Source of the DNA: Stellaceae bacterium
GTDB taxonomy: Bacteria > Pseudomonadota > Alphaproteobacteria > ATCC43930 > CGMCC-115725
DNA: 64,000 bases
NCBI GenBank assembly: GCA_035517635.1
Contig: DATIYL010000013.1
Span: forward strand, 10,224-74,223
Direction of reading: 5' to 3'
Positions 40,276 through 51,187 of the stretch are shown one piece after another. The notes under the pieces are model-generated. The model had not been told where the DNA came from, did no database searches, and was given only the letters and a program-made list of their open reading frames with translations. Position numbers and translations under genes: made by a program. Positions within the stretch are counted from its first letter, which is position 1; each line of letters starts with the position of its first letter.

Positions 40276-40486
40276 GGCGGACGTGACGGCTCGCCGTAAG
40301 CAAAATTCGACTTGCGACAGCAAACCGTCATTTGCATACCCGATTCGGCGCTCTCATACTCCTATGAGGCATCCGCCGGACAAGTTGAGCGCGGCGGCGG
40401 TGGCCTCGTCAGCCGACGTCGAGCCCTCACCTCCTTGAGCACCCCCGCGCCCAACGTGAAGGTGACTTGAAAAAGGAGCCATCGCT

Positions 40487-41071
40487 ATGTCGGCGACGCC
40501 GAATCTAAACGCTTCCGGCGCGGCCATGCCGGAGAGCCAATCCATCCGCGAGCACTGGCGGCTGTTTCTGATCGAAGGCATCATCCTGGTGCTGCTGGGC
40601 CTCGGTGCCATCCTGGTGCCGCCGATCGCCGGTCTTGCGGCCACGGTGTTTCTCGGCTGGCTGTTTCTGATCGGTGGCATTGTCGGCCTGGTGGCGACGT
40701 TTCGGGCGCGAGGCGTCCCCGGATTCTGGTGGTCGGTGTTCTCGGCGATTGTCGCCCTGCTCGCCGGCGCGGTGCTGTTGTGGAATCCGCTGCAGGGCCT
40801 GGTCACGCTGACCTATGTGCTGATCGCTTATTTCTTCGTGGACGGCGTTTTCATGATCGCCCTCGGCATCGCGCATCGCCGCGAGGTCTCGCACCGCTGG
40901 CAAGGCCTCGTGCTGAACGGCGTTATCGATGTGATCCTCGCCATCATCATCTTGTCGGGCTTGCCGGGCTCCTTTGCATGGGCGCTTGGGCTCTTGCTCG
41001 GCATCGACCTTACGTTCGGCGGCGCGACGCTCATCGCCATGGCGCTGGCGGCACGCCACCCTGCCGGGTGA
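40487..41071 (+). CDS. HdeD/DUF308 family membrane protein
   Basis: SD AAGGAG. Six TM segments with the repeated GxxxxxxG pattern typical of DUF308. Confidence 0.65.
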   Translation: MSATPNLNASGAAMPESQSIREHWRLFLIEGIILVLLGLGAILVPPIAGLAATVFLGWLFLIGGIVGLVATFRARGVPGFWWSVFSAIVALLAGAVLLWNPLQGLVTLTYVLIAYFFVDGVFMIALGIAHRREVSHRWQGLVLNGVIDVILAIIILSGLPGSFAWALGLLLGIDLTFGGATLIAMALAARHPAG

Positions 41072-41110
41072 TCTGAGGGAACTTCGCGCAAAGCGAAGCC
41101 GCGCTTCGCC

Positions 41111-42479
41111 CTATCCGCGCAGCAGATCGAGCTCAATCCGGGGCGCGCCGCGCAGCGTCTTCAGCTTTGCCAAGGCTTCGGCTGCACGGGCCGCAGTCCA
41201 GCCGCCATAGCGGCAATTGGCCACGAATTTGGCTTCGAGGGCCGCCCGGGAGAGCGGTTCTTCTCGGCCGCCGCGGAAATGATCCTGACTTTCTTCGTGC
41301 ACGTCGCCATTGCGCAAGGTCACGCGCAAATGTCCGGTGAACCGTCGCGGATAGGGATTGTCGGGATCGACCGCGTAGCGAATCTTTTCGGCGAGGGCGC
41401 GCACGGCCGGATCGCGCACGATCGATTCTTCGTATTCCTTCAGGCCGGCGTCGTCATGGAGCATGGCGACCGCAATCGCATAGGGAATGCTGAACTTGGC
41501 GGCATAGCCGTTGGCGGGATCGCGCTTGGCCGCCAGGGGTTCCCACAAGCGATGCACAATGCCCTCCGCCGTCTTGCACTCGATCGAAACGATCTCCGAG
41601 GGCCGCACACCAGCGGCGACGAGTTTGCGCGCACAATCGATGTAGGGATGCGCCATGGTGCCGCAAGCGTAAGGCTTGAAGGCGATGTCGGCGCAGAGCC
41701 ACCGCTCACCCACGCCATCGAGCATCGCAGCGAAATTTCCGCCCACGGTGTTGGCGAACGCATGGAAAAAGCCGTGTTCGCCCTCGAACAAGGTACGCGG
41801 CCCGGTGAAGCCGGCTTGCGCCAAGCGCGCCGCACGATAGCCGGCTTGCGCCGCCCAGCCAGGATGCATCCGCTTGGTCCAGGCGCCTTCGGCAAGGTAC
41901 TCGATGATGCCCGACGCCATGCTCCCGGCGATGCCGAGCGCATGGCACCATTGGGTTGCATCGAGCGACAAGGCCGAACCAACGGCCGCCGCAGCGCCAA
42001 GCACGCCGAACACGGCAGTGGGATGAAAGCCCCGCTTTGTGCACGCGCATGGGTGCCACGGCGCAGAGCCGGCACATCACCTCGCAACCCACCGCGATGC
42101 CGCGCTCGAGATCTTGACCCGCCAGCGCGTGCTGCTCGGCGGTGGCGAGCATGGCCGGAATCACCACCGCGCCGGCATGCACCGGGCCGCCCTCGAAGGT
42201 GTCGTCGTAATCTTCGCCATGAGCGGCGGTGCCGTTGCAGAGCGCGGCGGTGGCAACGTTGAACCCGCCGGCATGACCGATCGCCGTGCAGGCTCCGGGT
42301 TCGCCGCTCGCGCCGAGCGTCGCTCTGACATAGTCGGTATTGCGCGCCGCAATGCAGAGGCCGGCGACATCGACGAGAAGAGCATCGCAGATGCCGGCGA
42401 CGCTCGCCGGAAGCCGTTGCGCCCCCCCGGCGAGCGCCGCGGCCAGCTGCTGCGATATGGAGATTTCAGGCAGTGTCAT
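41111..42479 (-). pseudogene. MmgE/PrpD-family dehydratase, disrupted by a +1 frameshift
   Basis: N-terminal frame (42479 down) reads ...AHGEDYDDT...RVHKAG then junk. C-terminal frame from 42013 reads (A)GFHPTAVFGVLGAAAAVG... The frames rejoin if one C is removed from the CCCC run at 42030-42033. Confidence 0.7.
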
Positions 42480-42487
42480 GATCAGGC

Positions 42488-43237
42488 CTACCCCAGATAG
42501 GCGCCCCCGTTGGCATGGATCGTCTGACCCGTGATGTAGCGAGCCGAAGGTTCACAGAGGAAGCGCACGAGATGAGCGACTTCCTCGGGGGTGCCGCGAC
42601 GTCCCAAGAGCGTGGCGCGCACCCCGTGGAGCGCCGGGGTGCCGGCAGATTTGTCCCGCTCCGTCGCGATCAGGCCTGGTACGACACAATTGACGGTAAT
42701 TCCTTTAGGGCTCAGATCATGCGCCAGCGCGCGCGTCAGGCCGACCAGGCCGCTCTTGGCCGCAAGCACATGCGCGCGGCCGGACGATCCGGAATGAGCC
42801 GACATGCCGCCGATATTGACGATCGAGGCGAGGTCCGACTTGAGCAGATGAGGCAGCGCCGCCTGCGCGCAGAGGAAGGCGCCGTCGAGGATGATCGACA
42901 GGACGTTGCGCCACTCCTGCCATTCCAGCTTTTCGAACGCCGTCTCTCGTCGAAGCGCGGCATTGTTGACGAGCATGTCGATGCGTCCGAACTTCGACAT
43001 CGCGGCTTTTGCCAATCCGGCGACCGCATCCGGGTCGGCAACATCCGCGAGATGCGCCAGAGCCTTGCCGCCCGCCGCTTCAATGCTCCGTACCACGTCC
43101 TCGGCCTGTTTTGCCGAGGTCTTGGCATTGACCACAACCGCCGCGCCGGCATCGGCCAGTTCGAGCGCGATCGCGCGACCAATGTTGCGGGCGCCGCCCG
43201 TGACAATCGCAACGCGACCAGCCAATGAATGGGTCAC
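42488..43237 (-). CDS. Short-chain dehydrogenase/reductase (FabG-like)
   Basis: GTG 43237 overlaps the MFS TGA (GTGA). TGGARNIGRA, NNAA, S...AAKSG. Confidence 0.8.
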   Translation of the reverse strand: MTHSLAGRVAIVTGGARNIGRAIALELADAGAAVVVNAKTSAKQAEDVVRSIEAAGGKALAHLADVADPDAVAGLAKAAMSKFGRIDMLVNNAALRRETAFEKLEWQEWRNVLSIILDGAFLCAQAALPHLLKSDLASIVNIGGMSAHSGSSGRAHVLAAKSGLVGLTRALAHDLSPKGITVNCVVPGLIATERDKSAGTPALHGVRATLLGRRGTPEEVAHLVRFLCEPSARYITGQTIHANGGAYLG

Positions 43238-44517
43238 CCTACGACCTCCCTTATCTTGCCAACCGCCGGTCTCTCGGCAACCGCGAGGTCGGCGCGCATG
43301 AAGAATGCGAGGACAACGCCCAACACAAGAAAGCCGAGCGACATCAGGAACGGCGGCAAGAGGCCGCCGGTGAGATCCGCCACGATGCCAAAGGCGGCCG
43401 GTGAGAGGATTGCGGCAAGGCCGGCGGCGGTGCTGATAAAGCCTCCGGCCACGCCCGCATAACGCGGCGCGATGTCCATCGGTATTGCCCAGACCGGGCC
43501 TTCGATCATCTCGAGGAAGAAGAGCGACGCCGCCAGACAAAGCGCGATCTCAACCGGATCGCGGGTGAAGAACACGAGCGACATGAAGGTGAAAGATCCG
43601 AGAAATCCCAAGACCACGGTATTGCGCCGCGCGGCATTGACATTGCCCGTCCGCCGGTAAATCCAGTCCGTGAGCAGTCCCCCGGCGCCGTCACCGATCA
43701 TGCCCGCAGCGAAGACGCCCGATGTGAACATCGCCGAATCCTTGATGTCGACGTGGTATTCGCCGACAAAGAAACTCGGTAACCAGCTCAGATAGAGCCA
43801 CAGCGTCCAAGCATGGCAGAAGAACACCATCATCACCGGCATGACGCGCGGGACAAGATGGCGCCACGGCACGTCGGGTCGCTCCCTTGCAATCTCGAAG
43901 AGCGGCAGCTCGGCCAGCGCCAGGGCCGTGACCCCGCGGTGCTCGCGCGGATCGTCGCGAAAGTAGGAATACCAGACGACAGCCCAGACAAGGCTGACGC
44001 AGCCAAGCAGCGCAAAGGTCGCGCGCCAACCGGTAAAGTACATCATGGCGGCGACAAGCGGCGGCGCCACGGCGGCCGCGAGGCGGGCCGCCATGTGGGT
44101 GACGCCTTGGGCGAACCCGCGGCGGCCGCGTGGCACCCAGTCGGCCATCGCGCGCGTCGCGGTCGGGATGGTGCCGGCTTCGCCAAGCCCCACCAGGATC
44201 CGGGCAAGCACGAGCGAATAGAAACCGCTGACCAGAGCCGTCGCCAGCGTCCCGAGCGACCAGAAAATTCCGAGAGCCGAGAGCACCTTGCGCGGCCCGA
44301 AACGGTCACCGAGATACCCGTTCACGATTTGCAGCAACGCATAGCAAACCCCGAACGCGGAGAGCGCCAATCCGAGCTGCGTGTTGGTGATCTGCATTTC
44401 ATGCTGGATTGTCGGCGCGGCCAGCGAAATGTTCACGCGATCGATGTACATGATGAAATACATCACGCACAGCAGCATGAAGACCCTGCCGGTCGCGCCG
44501 CCGAAGATGCGCGCCAT
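43234..44517 (-). CDS. MFS transporter (anion:cation symporter-like)
   Basis: 12 TM segments. Loop 2-3 GYLGDRFGPRK. Confidence 0.85.
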   Translation of the reverse strand: MARIFGGATGRVFMLLCVMYFIMYIDRVNISLAAPTIQHEMQITNTQLGLALSAFGVCYALLQIVNGYLGDRFGPRKVLSALGIFWSLGTLATALVSGFYSLVLARILVGLGEAGTIPTATRAMADWVPRGRRGFAQGVTHMAARLAAAVAPPLVAAMMYFTGWRATFALLGCVSLVWAVVWYSYFRDDPREHRGVTALALAELPLFEIARERPDVPWRHLVPRVMPVMMVFFCHAWTLWLYLSWLPSFFVGEYHVDIKDSAMFTSGVFAAGMIGDGAGGLLTDWIYRRTGNVNAARRNTVVLGFLGSFTFMSLVFFTRDPVEIALCLAASLFFLEMIEGPVWAIPMDIAPRYAGVAGGFISTAAGLAAILSPAAFGIVADLTGGLLPPFLMSLGFLVLGVVLAFFMRADLAVAERPAVGKIREVVG

Positions 44518-44793
44518 CCTCCGCTTCCCAACCCCGTCGTAACGATCGACAGGCTAGGTGATACGATCGGACGCGTCAAAACGGGTACTACATCGTTCCC
44601 GGGCGGTTCGACGGGCAGCGCGGCATCTATGAGTTAGTGTAGGGCCTGCGCATCAAGGTGACAGAGCTCTCGGCATGGGCGCTCACCTTCCCTGGGGTTC
44701 ATCACTTGCTTAGGCCGAAAGGATACGCAATGTTGCGTCGAATCCTCGCGCAACGCAGGTGGCGACGCCACAGGCTTGGGAGGGAGCCGAGCG

Positions 44794-46812
44794 ATGCGTT
44801 CGCTTCGTGTGCTCATGGTGCTCTCGCTGGCGGTGTTGATGTGCGTTGCCGCCCTGGCGTCCTGGTATGATCGCAGCGCAGCGCTGCGTGCGGCCGAAGA
44901 CCATGTCGCATTGACCGTCAACGTCATGCGCGAACAGGCCTTGAACGTCTTCGAAACGCAGGAACTCGTGCTCGACCAGATCAGGCAGCGAACGGCCGGA
45001 CTGGATTGGGACGCCATCAGCCACTCCGCCGAGCTTGCGCAGTTCCTGAGCAAGACCCGGGATCGGATGGATGGGATCTCGTCGATTTGGTTGGCCGATG
45101 CTGCGGGCCACGTCCGTGCGTCCGCCGGCGGGATCTATCCGCCTGCCCTGACCTTCGAGAACCGGGACGATTTTCGAACGCTGCAGAGGGGCGATGCGGG
45201 CTCCCTTGTCGACAAGCCTCATCTCGGCACCTTCGCGCTCAGCGAGCGCAGATCGTCACCGGCCGGCGACTTCGACGGCGTCATTGCCATCGAGATGTCC
45301 GTTGCGTATTTCGAACGTTTCTTCCGCGGTCTCGACGAGCGCGACGATCATCGCGCGGTTCTCGTCCGCGCGGACGGCACCGTGCTCGCCGCCGATTCGG
45401 CTGACAGCGAGCCGCAACGCTTCCCGCCCAGCTCCGAATTGATGCGGTCCATCGCCAGCGGCATCCAGGACCACCGCTGGAACCCCTCGCCGGGAGGCGG
45501 CGCGCATTTCTTCCAATGGCGACAACTCGCGCCCTATCCCGTCTATGTGGCCTATGCCATGGATCGAAGCGTCGCGCTCCGCTCATGGTACGGCCATGCC
45601 GCGTTCTACGCGTTTCTGTGCGTCGGGGTCTGGATCGCGCTGTGCCTCATCGCCTATCTGGCATCACAGCGCGCGGCGGCGGAGGCGGCCTTGCAGCAGG
45701 CCCAGAGAATGGAGGCGATCGGACAACTCGCCAGCGGCGTCGCGCATGATTTCAACAACCTGCTGACGACGGTGGTGGGCAATGTCGATCGCATCGCCCT
45801 TGACCCGCAGGCGACACTGCGCATCCGACGCCTTGCCGATGCGGCATTGGGCGCGGCGATGCGCGGGGCGAGCCTGACGGCCCAGCTCTTGGCCTTTGCG
45901 CGGCGACAGCCGCTCAACCCGAGCATCGTCCGGGTCGACCAGCTTCTCGACGCCATGCTCCCTCTGATCAAGGATGCCGTGGGAGAGACGGTCAGCGTGT
46001 CCTGCGCCTCGGCTGCCGATCTGTCGCCGATCCGGATCGACCCGGGGCAGCTCCAGGCGGCGATGTTGAATGTGGCCCTCAATGCGCGGGATGCCATGCC
46101 GCAGGGCGGCGATCTGCGGATCGAAGCGCGGAACGTAACGATAGACACAAGCGAGGCGACGCGCCGCGCCATCCCGCGGGGCGACTATGTCGTCGTCGAG
46201 ATCGCCGATACGGGCACCGGGATGCGGGCCGACGTCGCAAATCGCGCCTTCGAGCCGTTTTTCACCACCAAAGAAACGGGCAAGGGCAGCGGGCTTGGCT
46301 TGTCGATGGTGTATGGCTTCGCCCGCCAGTCGGGAGGTACGGCAGAGCTCGACACCCAGGTCGGCGTTGGAACGACGATAACGCTCTACATCCCGCGCTC
46401 ACCAGAGGCCGAACGGAGCCAGCAGCCCCGCACCGCGCCGCCCTCGCCGCCGCACAAAAGTGCAATTCTCGTCGTCGAAGATCAGGACGGGGTGCGTCAG
46501 ATGATGGCGAACTCGCTCGAAGAATGCGGCCACGACGTCAAGACCGCGCGCACCGCCGAAGAGGCCATCGAGGTTCTCGCCCGCGATGCAGGGATCCACG
46601 TGCTGGTGACCGATATCATCCTGCCCGGCGCCATGAACGGCGCGGAGCTGGTCCGCAAGGCCCGGGAGCTGGCGCCCGATGTAAAGGTCCTGACCATCTC
46701 CGGAAACGCCAGCGAAGAGACGATCCGGGCCATCCATCCCGATGGCTGCGCCTTCCTCGCCAAGCCGTTTCGCGCGAGCGATCTGGCCAGGGCGGTCGAC
46801 GACCTGCTGTAG
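44794..46812 (+). CDS. Hybrid sensor histidine kinase/response regulator with periplasmic Cache-like domain
   Basis: SD GGGAGGGAG precedes ATG 44794. H-box GVAHDFNNLLT, HATPase GSGLGLSMVYG, C-terminal REC ILVVEDQ...VTDIILPG...LAKPF. Confidence 0.8.
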   Translation: MRSLRVLMVLSLAVLMCVAALASWYDRSAALRAAEDHVALTVNVMREQALNVFETQELVLDQIRQRTAGLDWDAISHSAELAQFLSKTRDRMDGISSIWLADAAGHVRASAGGIYPPALTFENRDDFRTLQRGDAGSLVDKPHLGTFALSERRSSPAGDFDGVIAIEMSVAYFERFFRGLDERDDHRAVLVRADGTVLAADSADSEPQRFPPSSELMRSIASGIQDHRWNPSPGGGAHFFQWRQLAPYPVYVAYAMDRSVALRSWYGHAAFYAFLCVGVWIALCLIAYLASQRAAAEAALQQAQRMEAIGQLASGVAHDFNNLLTTVVGNVDRIALDPQATLRIRRLADAALGAAMRGASLTAQLLAFARRQPLNPSIVRVDQLLDAMLPLIKDAVGETVSVSCASAADLSPIRIDPGQLQAAMLNVALNARDAMPQGGDLRIEARNVTIDTSEATRRAIPRGDYVVVEIADTGTGMRADVANRAFEPFFTTKETGKGSGLGLSMVYGFARQSGGTAELDTQVGVGTTITLYIPRSPEAERSQQPRTAPPSPPHKSAILVVEDQDGVRQMMANSLEECGHDVKTARTAEEAIEVLARDAGIHVLVTDIILPGAMNGAELVRKARELAPDVKVLTISGNASEETIRAIHPDGCAFLAKPFRASDLARAVDDLL

Positions 46813-46857
46813 GCGGTTCCTGCGGCCCCGAACGCGCGCGCCTCGTCGGCCGGCGGA

Positions 46858-47538
46858 TCAGCTCGACGGGCGCGGCGCGGTCCGATCAAAGAGCCCGAAG
46901 ACGGCGAGGCCGCAGGCAAAGCCGCCGAGATGCGCCACCCAGGCAATTTGGGCGCCCGGTTGACCGGGCAAGCCGATTTGTCCGGCGACGACCGTCACGA
47001 TGATCCATAACGCCAGCAACGGCCAGAGACCGGTCCTCCGCCCGGCGGCGCTGCGCGCCTGCATGCGGAGCACAGCGCCGAACAGCCCGCTGATAGCGCC
47101 CGAAGCCCCGATCACGGGCAATGTCGAGGAGGGATAGACGGCCGCGTGAGAGCCGGCGGCTACGACGCCGGAGAGGATCGTCAGCGTGAGCATTCGCCAA
47201 CGACCGAGGCGGCGCTCCACACCGGATCCGAAGGCCAACAGCGCAAGCATGTTGATGAAGAGGTGGGTGACGTTGGCGTGCAGGAATTGATAGCTGACCG
47301 GATCGATCAACGCCGGCCAGCCCAAGCGGCCCACCGTGTATCGCGCCGGGATGAAGGCGAAGAGGCGGATGACGCGCTCGTCGGATCCTTCCGGAAGCAA
47401 CAGCCGAAACCCATGAACCGCGATGTTGGCGATCAGCAAGGTCCTGGTGATCGGCGGGATGTTGAAGATCGGTTGTCGCGCGGAGCGTGCCGGCTGATCG
47501 CTCATAATCCCCAGGGCCTCGTCGGGCGCATCGGCCAC
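46858..47538 (-). CDS. Rhomboid-family intramembrane serine protease
   Basis: HANVTHLFINM, catalytic GASGAISGLFGA, AHLGGF. Confidence 0.8.
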   Translation of the reverse strand: MADAPDEALGIMSDQPARSARQPIFNIPPITRTLLIANIAVHGFRLLLPEGSDERVIRLFAFIPARYTVGRLGWPALIDPVSYQFLHANVTHLFINMLALLAFGSGVERRLGRWRMLTLTILSGVVAAGSHAAVYPSSTLPVIGASGAISGLFGAVLRMQARSAAGRRTGLWPLLALWIIVTVVAGQIGLPGQPGAQIAWVAHLGGFACGLAVFGLFDRTAPRPSS

Positions 47539-47917
47539 TCTAGCGAACCCGGTGCCGTTCCTGCGAGCCGCGCAAAATGCCGGCGGTGGCGCTGCGCTAT
47601 AAGCTGGTCTCGCAGGCTATCCGGCGGCACGTCCCCACCGCCGCCTCGACCGCCTCGATTTCCCGGATGTAGCGCGCCAGCGCGAGCGCCAAAGCGATAT
47701 CAGTCCCGAGCCGGTTGCTGCGGGCACGGTCGAAAAGCTCCTCCAAGCTCGCGACATCCCCGAGCCCGGCGGCGGCGCAGATGGCCGCAACGTCCGCGCT
47801 TGTGGTCATGGTCATGACCCCCGCCGCCGCGAAGGCCGCCGGCGCAACCTCCGCCGCTTCGTAGCGCCGCCGGTGGCGAAGGCTGCCCTGGCTGACATCG
47901 GGGTGCGCCGTCCAACG

Positions 47918-48256
47918 CTATTCGCCGTGAATCTGCTTGCTGACCTGGTTCTCCTGACGGTTCAGCGTATTCCGCTCTTGCCTGCTGATGTGGCTGCGGT
48001 TCTGGCTCGCCATATCGCGCTCTTCCTGGCGGATCTGCCGATCGTCCTTGTGGAGCGCGGCGGCCTGCGGCCGCGTCATCTGGCCATTCGCCACTTTCCG
48101 GTGGATACGCAGGTTTTGGGTCTTCAGCCGGTGATTCACCTCGACGCGACGAGGATGATCCTTGTCCCATTGCGACTGGGCCAGAGCGGGGCCGGCGATA
48201 CCTGCTGCGAACGCTCCCGCCAGCGCCAGAGCGGCGACAGTTCGGATCTTGCGCAT
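47918..48256 (-). CDS. Secreted Arg/Gln-rich helical protein, unknown function
   Basis: Signal peptide MRKIRTVAALALAGAFAAGIAGPALA. Charged repeat-like body. Confidence 0.45.
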   Translation of the reverse strand: MRKIRTVAALALAGAFAAGIAGPALAQSQWDKDHPRRVEVNHRLKTQNLRIHRKVANGQMTRPQAAALHKDDRQIRQEERDMASQNRSHISRQERNTLNRQENQVSKQIHGE

Positions 48257-48404
48257 TTAACCCTCCCAGAACGAGGAGACGCCGGATGCGTCATCACTCG
48301 ATTCTTAGGCGGCGTCGCAGGCGACTATCCCCAGCGGTGTGTTCCGACTTAACGGTATTAAATGTAAATTTCGAATGTAATTTGGTCTTTGCCTGCGGCG
48401 CCGT

Positions 48405-49166
48405 TCAATAGGCGGAGATGCCGCCTTCGGCCGGTATCGCCGCGCCGTTCACCATGCGCGCTTCGTCGGAGGCGAGGAAGAGCGCGACATGTGCAATGTC
48501 CTCCGGCTGGCCGACACCGAAGGGGTAGCGCTCGGTCATGTTCTCGATGCCGCCGAAGCGAATCTGGTTGCCGTCGACGAAGCGGCCCTTCACCCGTTCC
48601 GTCAGCACGACGCCGGGACAAATGGCGTTGACGCGGACGCCTTTCGGCGAGTAGGCGCCGGCGAGAGCCCGCGTGAAGGAGATCAAGCCACCCTTCGCCA
48701 TGACGTAGACATGCGCGAGGTGATTGCCGCGAAGCGCGACCACCGATGAGAAGTTGACCACACTGCCGTTGCCTTGCTCGACCATCACCGGGATGACGTG
48801 CCGGCAGCAGAGGAAAGGGCCCTTCAGGTCGAGGTCCATGGTGTGGTCCCACACCGAAAGCTCGACGTCGGTCACGTGCCGATCCTCGCGCAGCGAGCCG
48901 CCGGCGCAATTCAGCAGCACGTCGATGCGGCCGAAGGCGTCCCGCGCCTGCCGCACCATCTGCTTGACGCTGGCTTCGTCGGTCACATCGGTGCGCAGGA
49001 AGCGCGCGCCGGCACCAGCCTCGCGCGCGCTCGCCTCGCCGAGCGCCTCGTCGATCTCGGCCACGACCACCTTGGCGCCCTCGGCAACGAACATCTTGGC
49101 CGAGGCCCGGCCGATGCCGGAGCCGGCGCCGGTGATCACCGCAACCTTGCCCGCGAGACGATTCAT
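48405..49166 (-). CDS. Short-chain dehydrogenase/reductase
   Basis: TGAGSGIGRA, NCAG, Y..AKGG. Confidence 0.85.
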   Translation of the reverse strand: MNRLAGKVAVITGAGSGIGRASAKMFVAEGAKVVVAEIDEALGEASAREAGAGARFLRTDVTDEASVKQMVRQARDAFGRIDVLLNCAGGSLREDRHVTDVELSVWDHTMDLDLKGPFLCCRHVIPVMVEQGNGSVVNFSSVVALRGNHLAHVYVMAKGGLISFTRALAGAYSPKGVRVNAICPGVVLTERVKGRFVDGNQIRFGGIENMTERYPFGVGQPEDIAHVALFLASDEARMVNGAAIPAEGGISAY

Positions 49167-49291
49167 CTGCCCCTCCCCCTGTCTGCGTCGCGGCGTGCTG
49201 GCCGCGGGAGCGCCGATCTCGGCATGACCCGGACGTTGTGCGCGCCGCTTTTCCGGTTAAAGCTAGCCCGAAACAACGACGGGAGGAAACC

Positions 49292-50062
49292 ATGGCTGAT
49301 CAGCAGACAGTCCTGGTCACCGGCGGCGCTTCCGGTATCGGGCTCGCCATCGCGAAGGCCGTGCTCGCGGAGGGCTGGCGGGTGGTCGTCGCGGATCTGA
49401 ACCAAACGAGCCTCGACCGGAGCCGGGAAGCTTTCAGGAAAGCGGGCGGCAAGGTGCGGTTCGCGCCGCTGGATGTCACGGACGAGGCAAGCGTCATCCG
49501 ATGCATCGCGACCTGCGACGAGGAGTTCGGCGCGCTGACGGGCGTCGTCAACTCGGCGGGTATCGCCAGGGCCGTGCCGGCGCTCGACACGACGATCGAG
49601 ATGTTCCGCAGCATGCTCGAAGTCAACCTGATCGGCAGCTTCGTGGTCGCGCGAGAAGCGGCCAGAAGGATGCAGCCGCGCGGCGCCGGATCGATCGTCA
49701 ACATCGCCTCCGTGTCGGGTATCTTGGGGAACGAAAACCGCGTCGCCTATGGCGCCTCGAAGGGCGGCGTCATCGTCATGACCAGGGTCATGGCCGTCGA
49801 GCTCGCCGGCGCCGGCATTCGCGTCAACGCCATTGCACCGGGTCCCGTCGACACCCCTTTGGCGCAACAAGTCCATACGCCCGAGGTGCGGGCGGCCTGG
49901 ACGTCCGCCGTCCCGCAGCGGCGCTACGCCTCTCCGGCCGACATCGCGGCAGCGGCGGTCTTCCTGCTCGACGGCCGCAAATCCGGCTACGTCACCGGGC
50001 AAACCCTCTGCGTCGATGGCGGCTTCACCATCGCCGGCATCATGAGCAGCGCTTCGACCTAA
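49292..50062 (+). CDS. Short-chain dehydrogenase/reductase
   Basis: SD GGGAGGAAA precedes ATG 49292. TGGASGIGLA, NSAG, YGASKGG. Confidence 0.85.
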   Translation: MADQQTVLVTGGASGIGLAIAKAVLAEGWRVVVADLNQTSLDRSREAFRKAGGKVRFAPLDVTDEASVIRCIATCDEEFGALTGVVNSAGIARAVPALDTTIEMFRSMLEVNLIGSFVVAREAARRMQPRGAGSIVNIASVSGILGNENRVAYGASKGGVIVMTRVMAVELAGAGIRVNAIAPGPVDTPLAQQVHTPEVRAAWTSAVPQRRYASPADIAAAAVFLLDGRKSGYVTGQTLCVDGGFTIAGIMSSAST

Positions 50063-51111
50063 ACCTTCGACGCGAGCAGGTCGCCGAGGTGCTTGTCGAT
50101 CTGACCGAGCGCGTCCCGGTCCGCGCCGAAGAGGGCGAGATGCCCGTCGATGGTCTCGATCGGCCGGAATTCCGCGTTCGGAAGGAGCCGCCATTCGGCC
50201 TCGCAGTCCGCCGGCCGGAAGAACATGTCCGACGACATCGGCATGACGAAGGTCTTGGCTTGGACCCGCCGCAGCGCCTCCCGCAGATCGCCGCCGGTGT
50301 GCCGGCTGACATCGCCGCGCTGCCACTTCCACGCCATGCACAAGAGGTCGTTCGGATCCATGGGCGCAAAGTACGCGTACATGAAGTTGATGATGAAGTC
50401 GTCGAGCGACGAGAAACCCAGCGCCTTATGCCGGTTCCGCTGAAAGAACTCGGTGCTCCACCCCATCACCGCCCACATCTTGGCGTGGCGCAGCAGCCCC
50501 TCCCGGACCTCGGCGGGCGAGGCGTAGAATCCGCCCTTGAAGCCGGGATCCGAAGTGATCGCGTCCACCAGCGTCTCGGTGAAGAGAAAATCGTGGACGG
50601 TGTTCCTGGCGGTCCCGGCGAGCGGCGCGGCGCGCTTCACCATCTCCGGATAACGCACGGCCCATTCATAGGTCTGCTGCGCGCCCATCGAGCCGCCGAC
50701 CACCAGCGCAAGGCTCTTGAGGCCGAACTTTTCGGTGAGAAGCTTGTGCTGCGCGCGAACGTCGTCGCCGATGCGCACACGCGGGAAGTTCCCCATCCCG
50801 GCGGGTGCAGGTGTGTTGTGCGGCGACGTCGACAGGCCGCTGCCGATCTGGTTGACCACGATGATGAAGTACTTGTCGGGATCGAGCGCCCGGCCAGGGC
50901 CGATGAAGACCTGCTCGATGATCTTGTTCGTGCCGGAGTACCAGGTCGGCACCAGAATGGCGTTGCCGCCATTGGCGTCGAGCTTGCCGAAGGTCGCGTA
51001 GGCCAGAGTGCATTTGCGGATGGTTCCGCCCTCCTCGAGCGCCAGGTCTCCGATGTCGTGCATCTCGTAAGGGCCGTGCAGCTCCTGACCGTAGTAGCTG
51101 TTCTCAATCAT
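50059..51111 (-). CDS. Alpha/beta hydrolase of the homoserine O-acetyltransferase (MetX)-like family, probable esterase
   Basis: Nucleophile elbow GGSMGAQQ; C-terminal DGHLA His context. The gene follows the BVMO gene after a 76-nt gap. Confidence 0.7.
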   Translation of the reverse strand: MIENSYYGQELHGPYEMHDIGDLALEEGGTIRKCTLAYATFGKLDANGGNAILVPTWYSGTNKIIEQVFIGPGRALDPDKYFIIVVNQIGSGLSTSPHNTPAPAGMGNFPRVRIGDDVRAQHKLLTEKFGLKSLALVVGGSMGAQQTYEWAVRYPEMVKRAAPLAGTARNTVHDFLFTETLVDAITSDPGFKGGFYASPAEVREGLLRHAKMWAVMGWSTEFFQRNRHKALGFSSLDDFIINFMYAYFAPMDPNDLLCMAWKWQRGDVSRHTGGDLREALRRVQAKTFVMPMSSDMFFRPADCEAEWRLLPNAEFRPIETIDGHLALFGADRDALGQIDKHLGDLLASKV

Positions 51112-51187
51112 CGTTCCCTCCCCGTCTCATGTTGGGACGGGATGGGGCCGACGCCGCCACCCCGTCCGGATCTGCCGCGACCAGCGA

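Noticed and set aside
39259-40323. 354-aa minus-strand ORF
   Set aside because: It is antisense to PPK2, which has a Walker A motif and PPK2 blocks on the plus strand.
41082-41109. Two overlapping GC hairpins (CTTCGC-GCAAA-GCGAAG and GCGAAGC-CGC-GCTTCGC) between the convergent hdeD-like and prpD-like genes
   Set aside because: This might be a bidirectional terminator. There is no U-tract on either strand and the stems are short, so I did not call it as a feature.
47597-47815. 72-aa minus-strand ORF upstream of rhomboid
   Set aside because: It has no motif and no clear Shine-Dalgarno sequence, and it is overlapped by other ORFs of similar quality. There is not enough evidence to call it.
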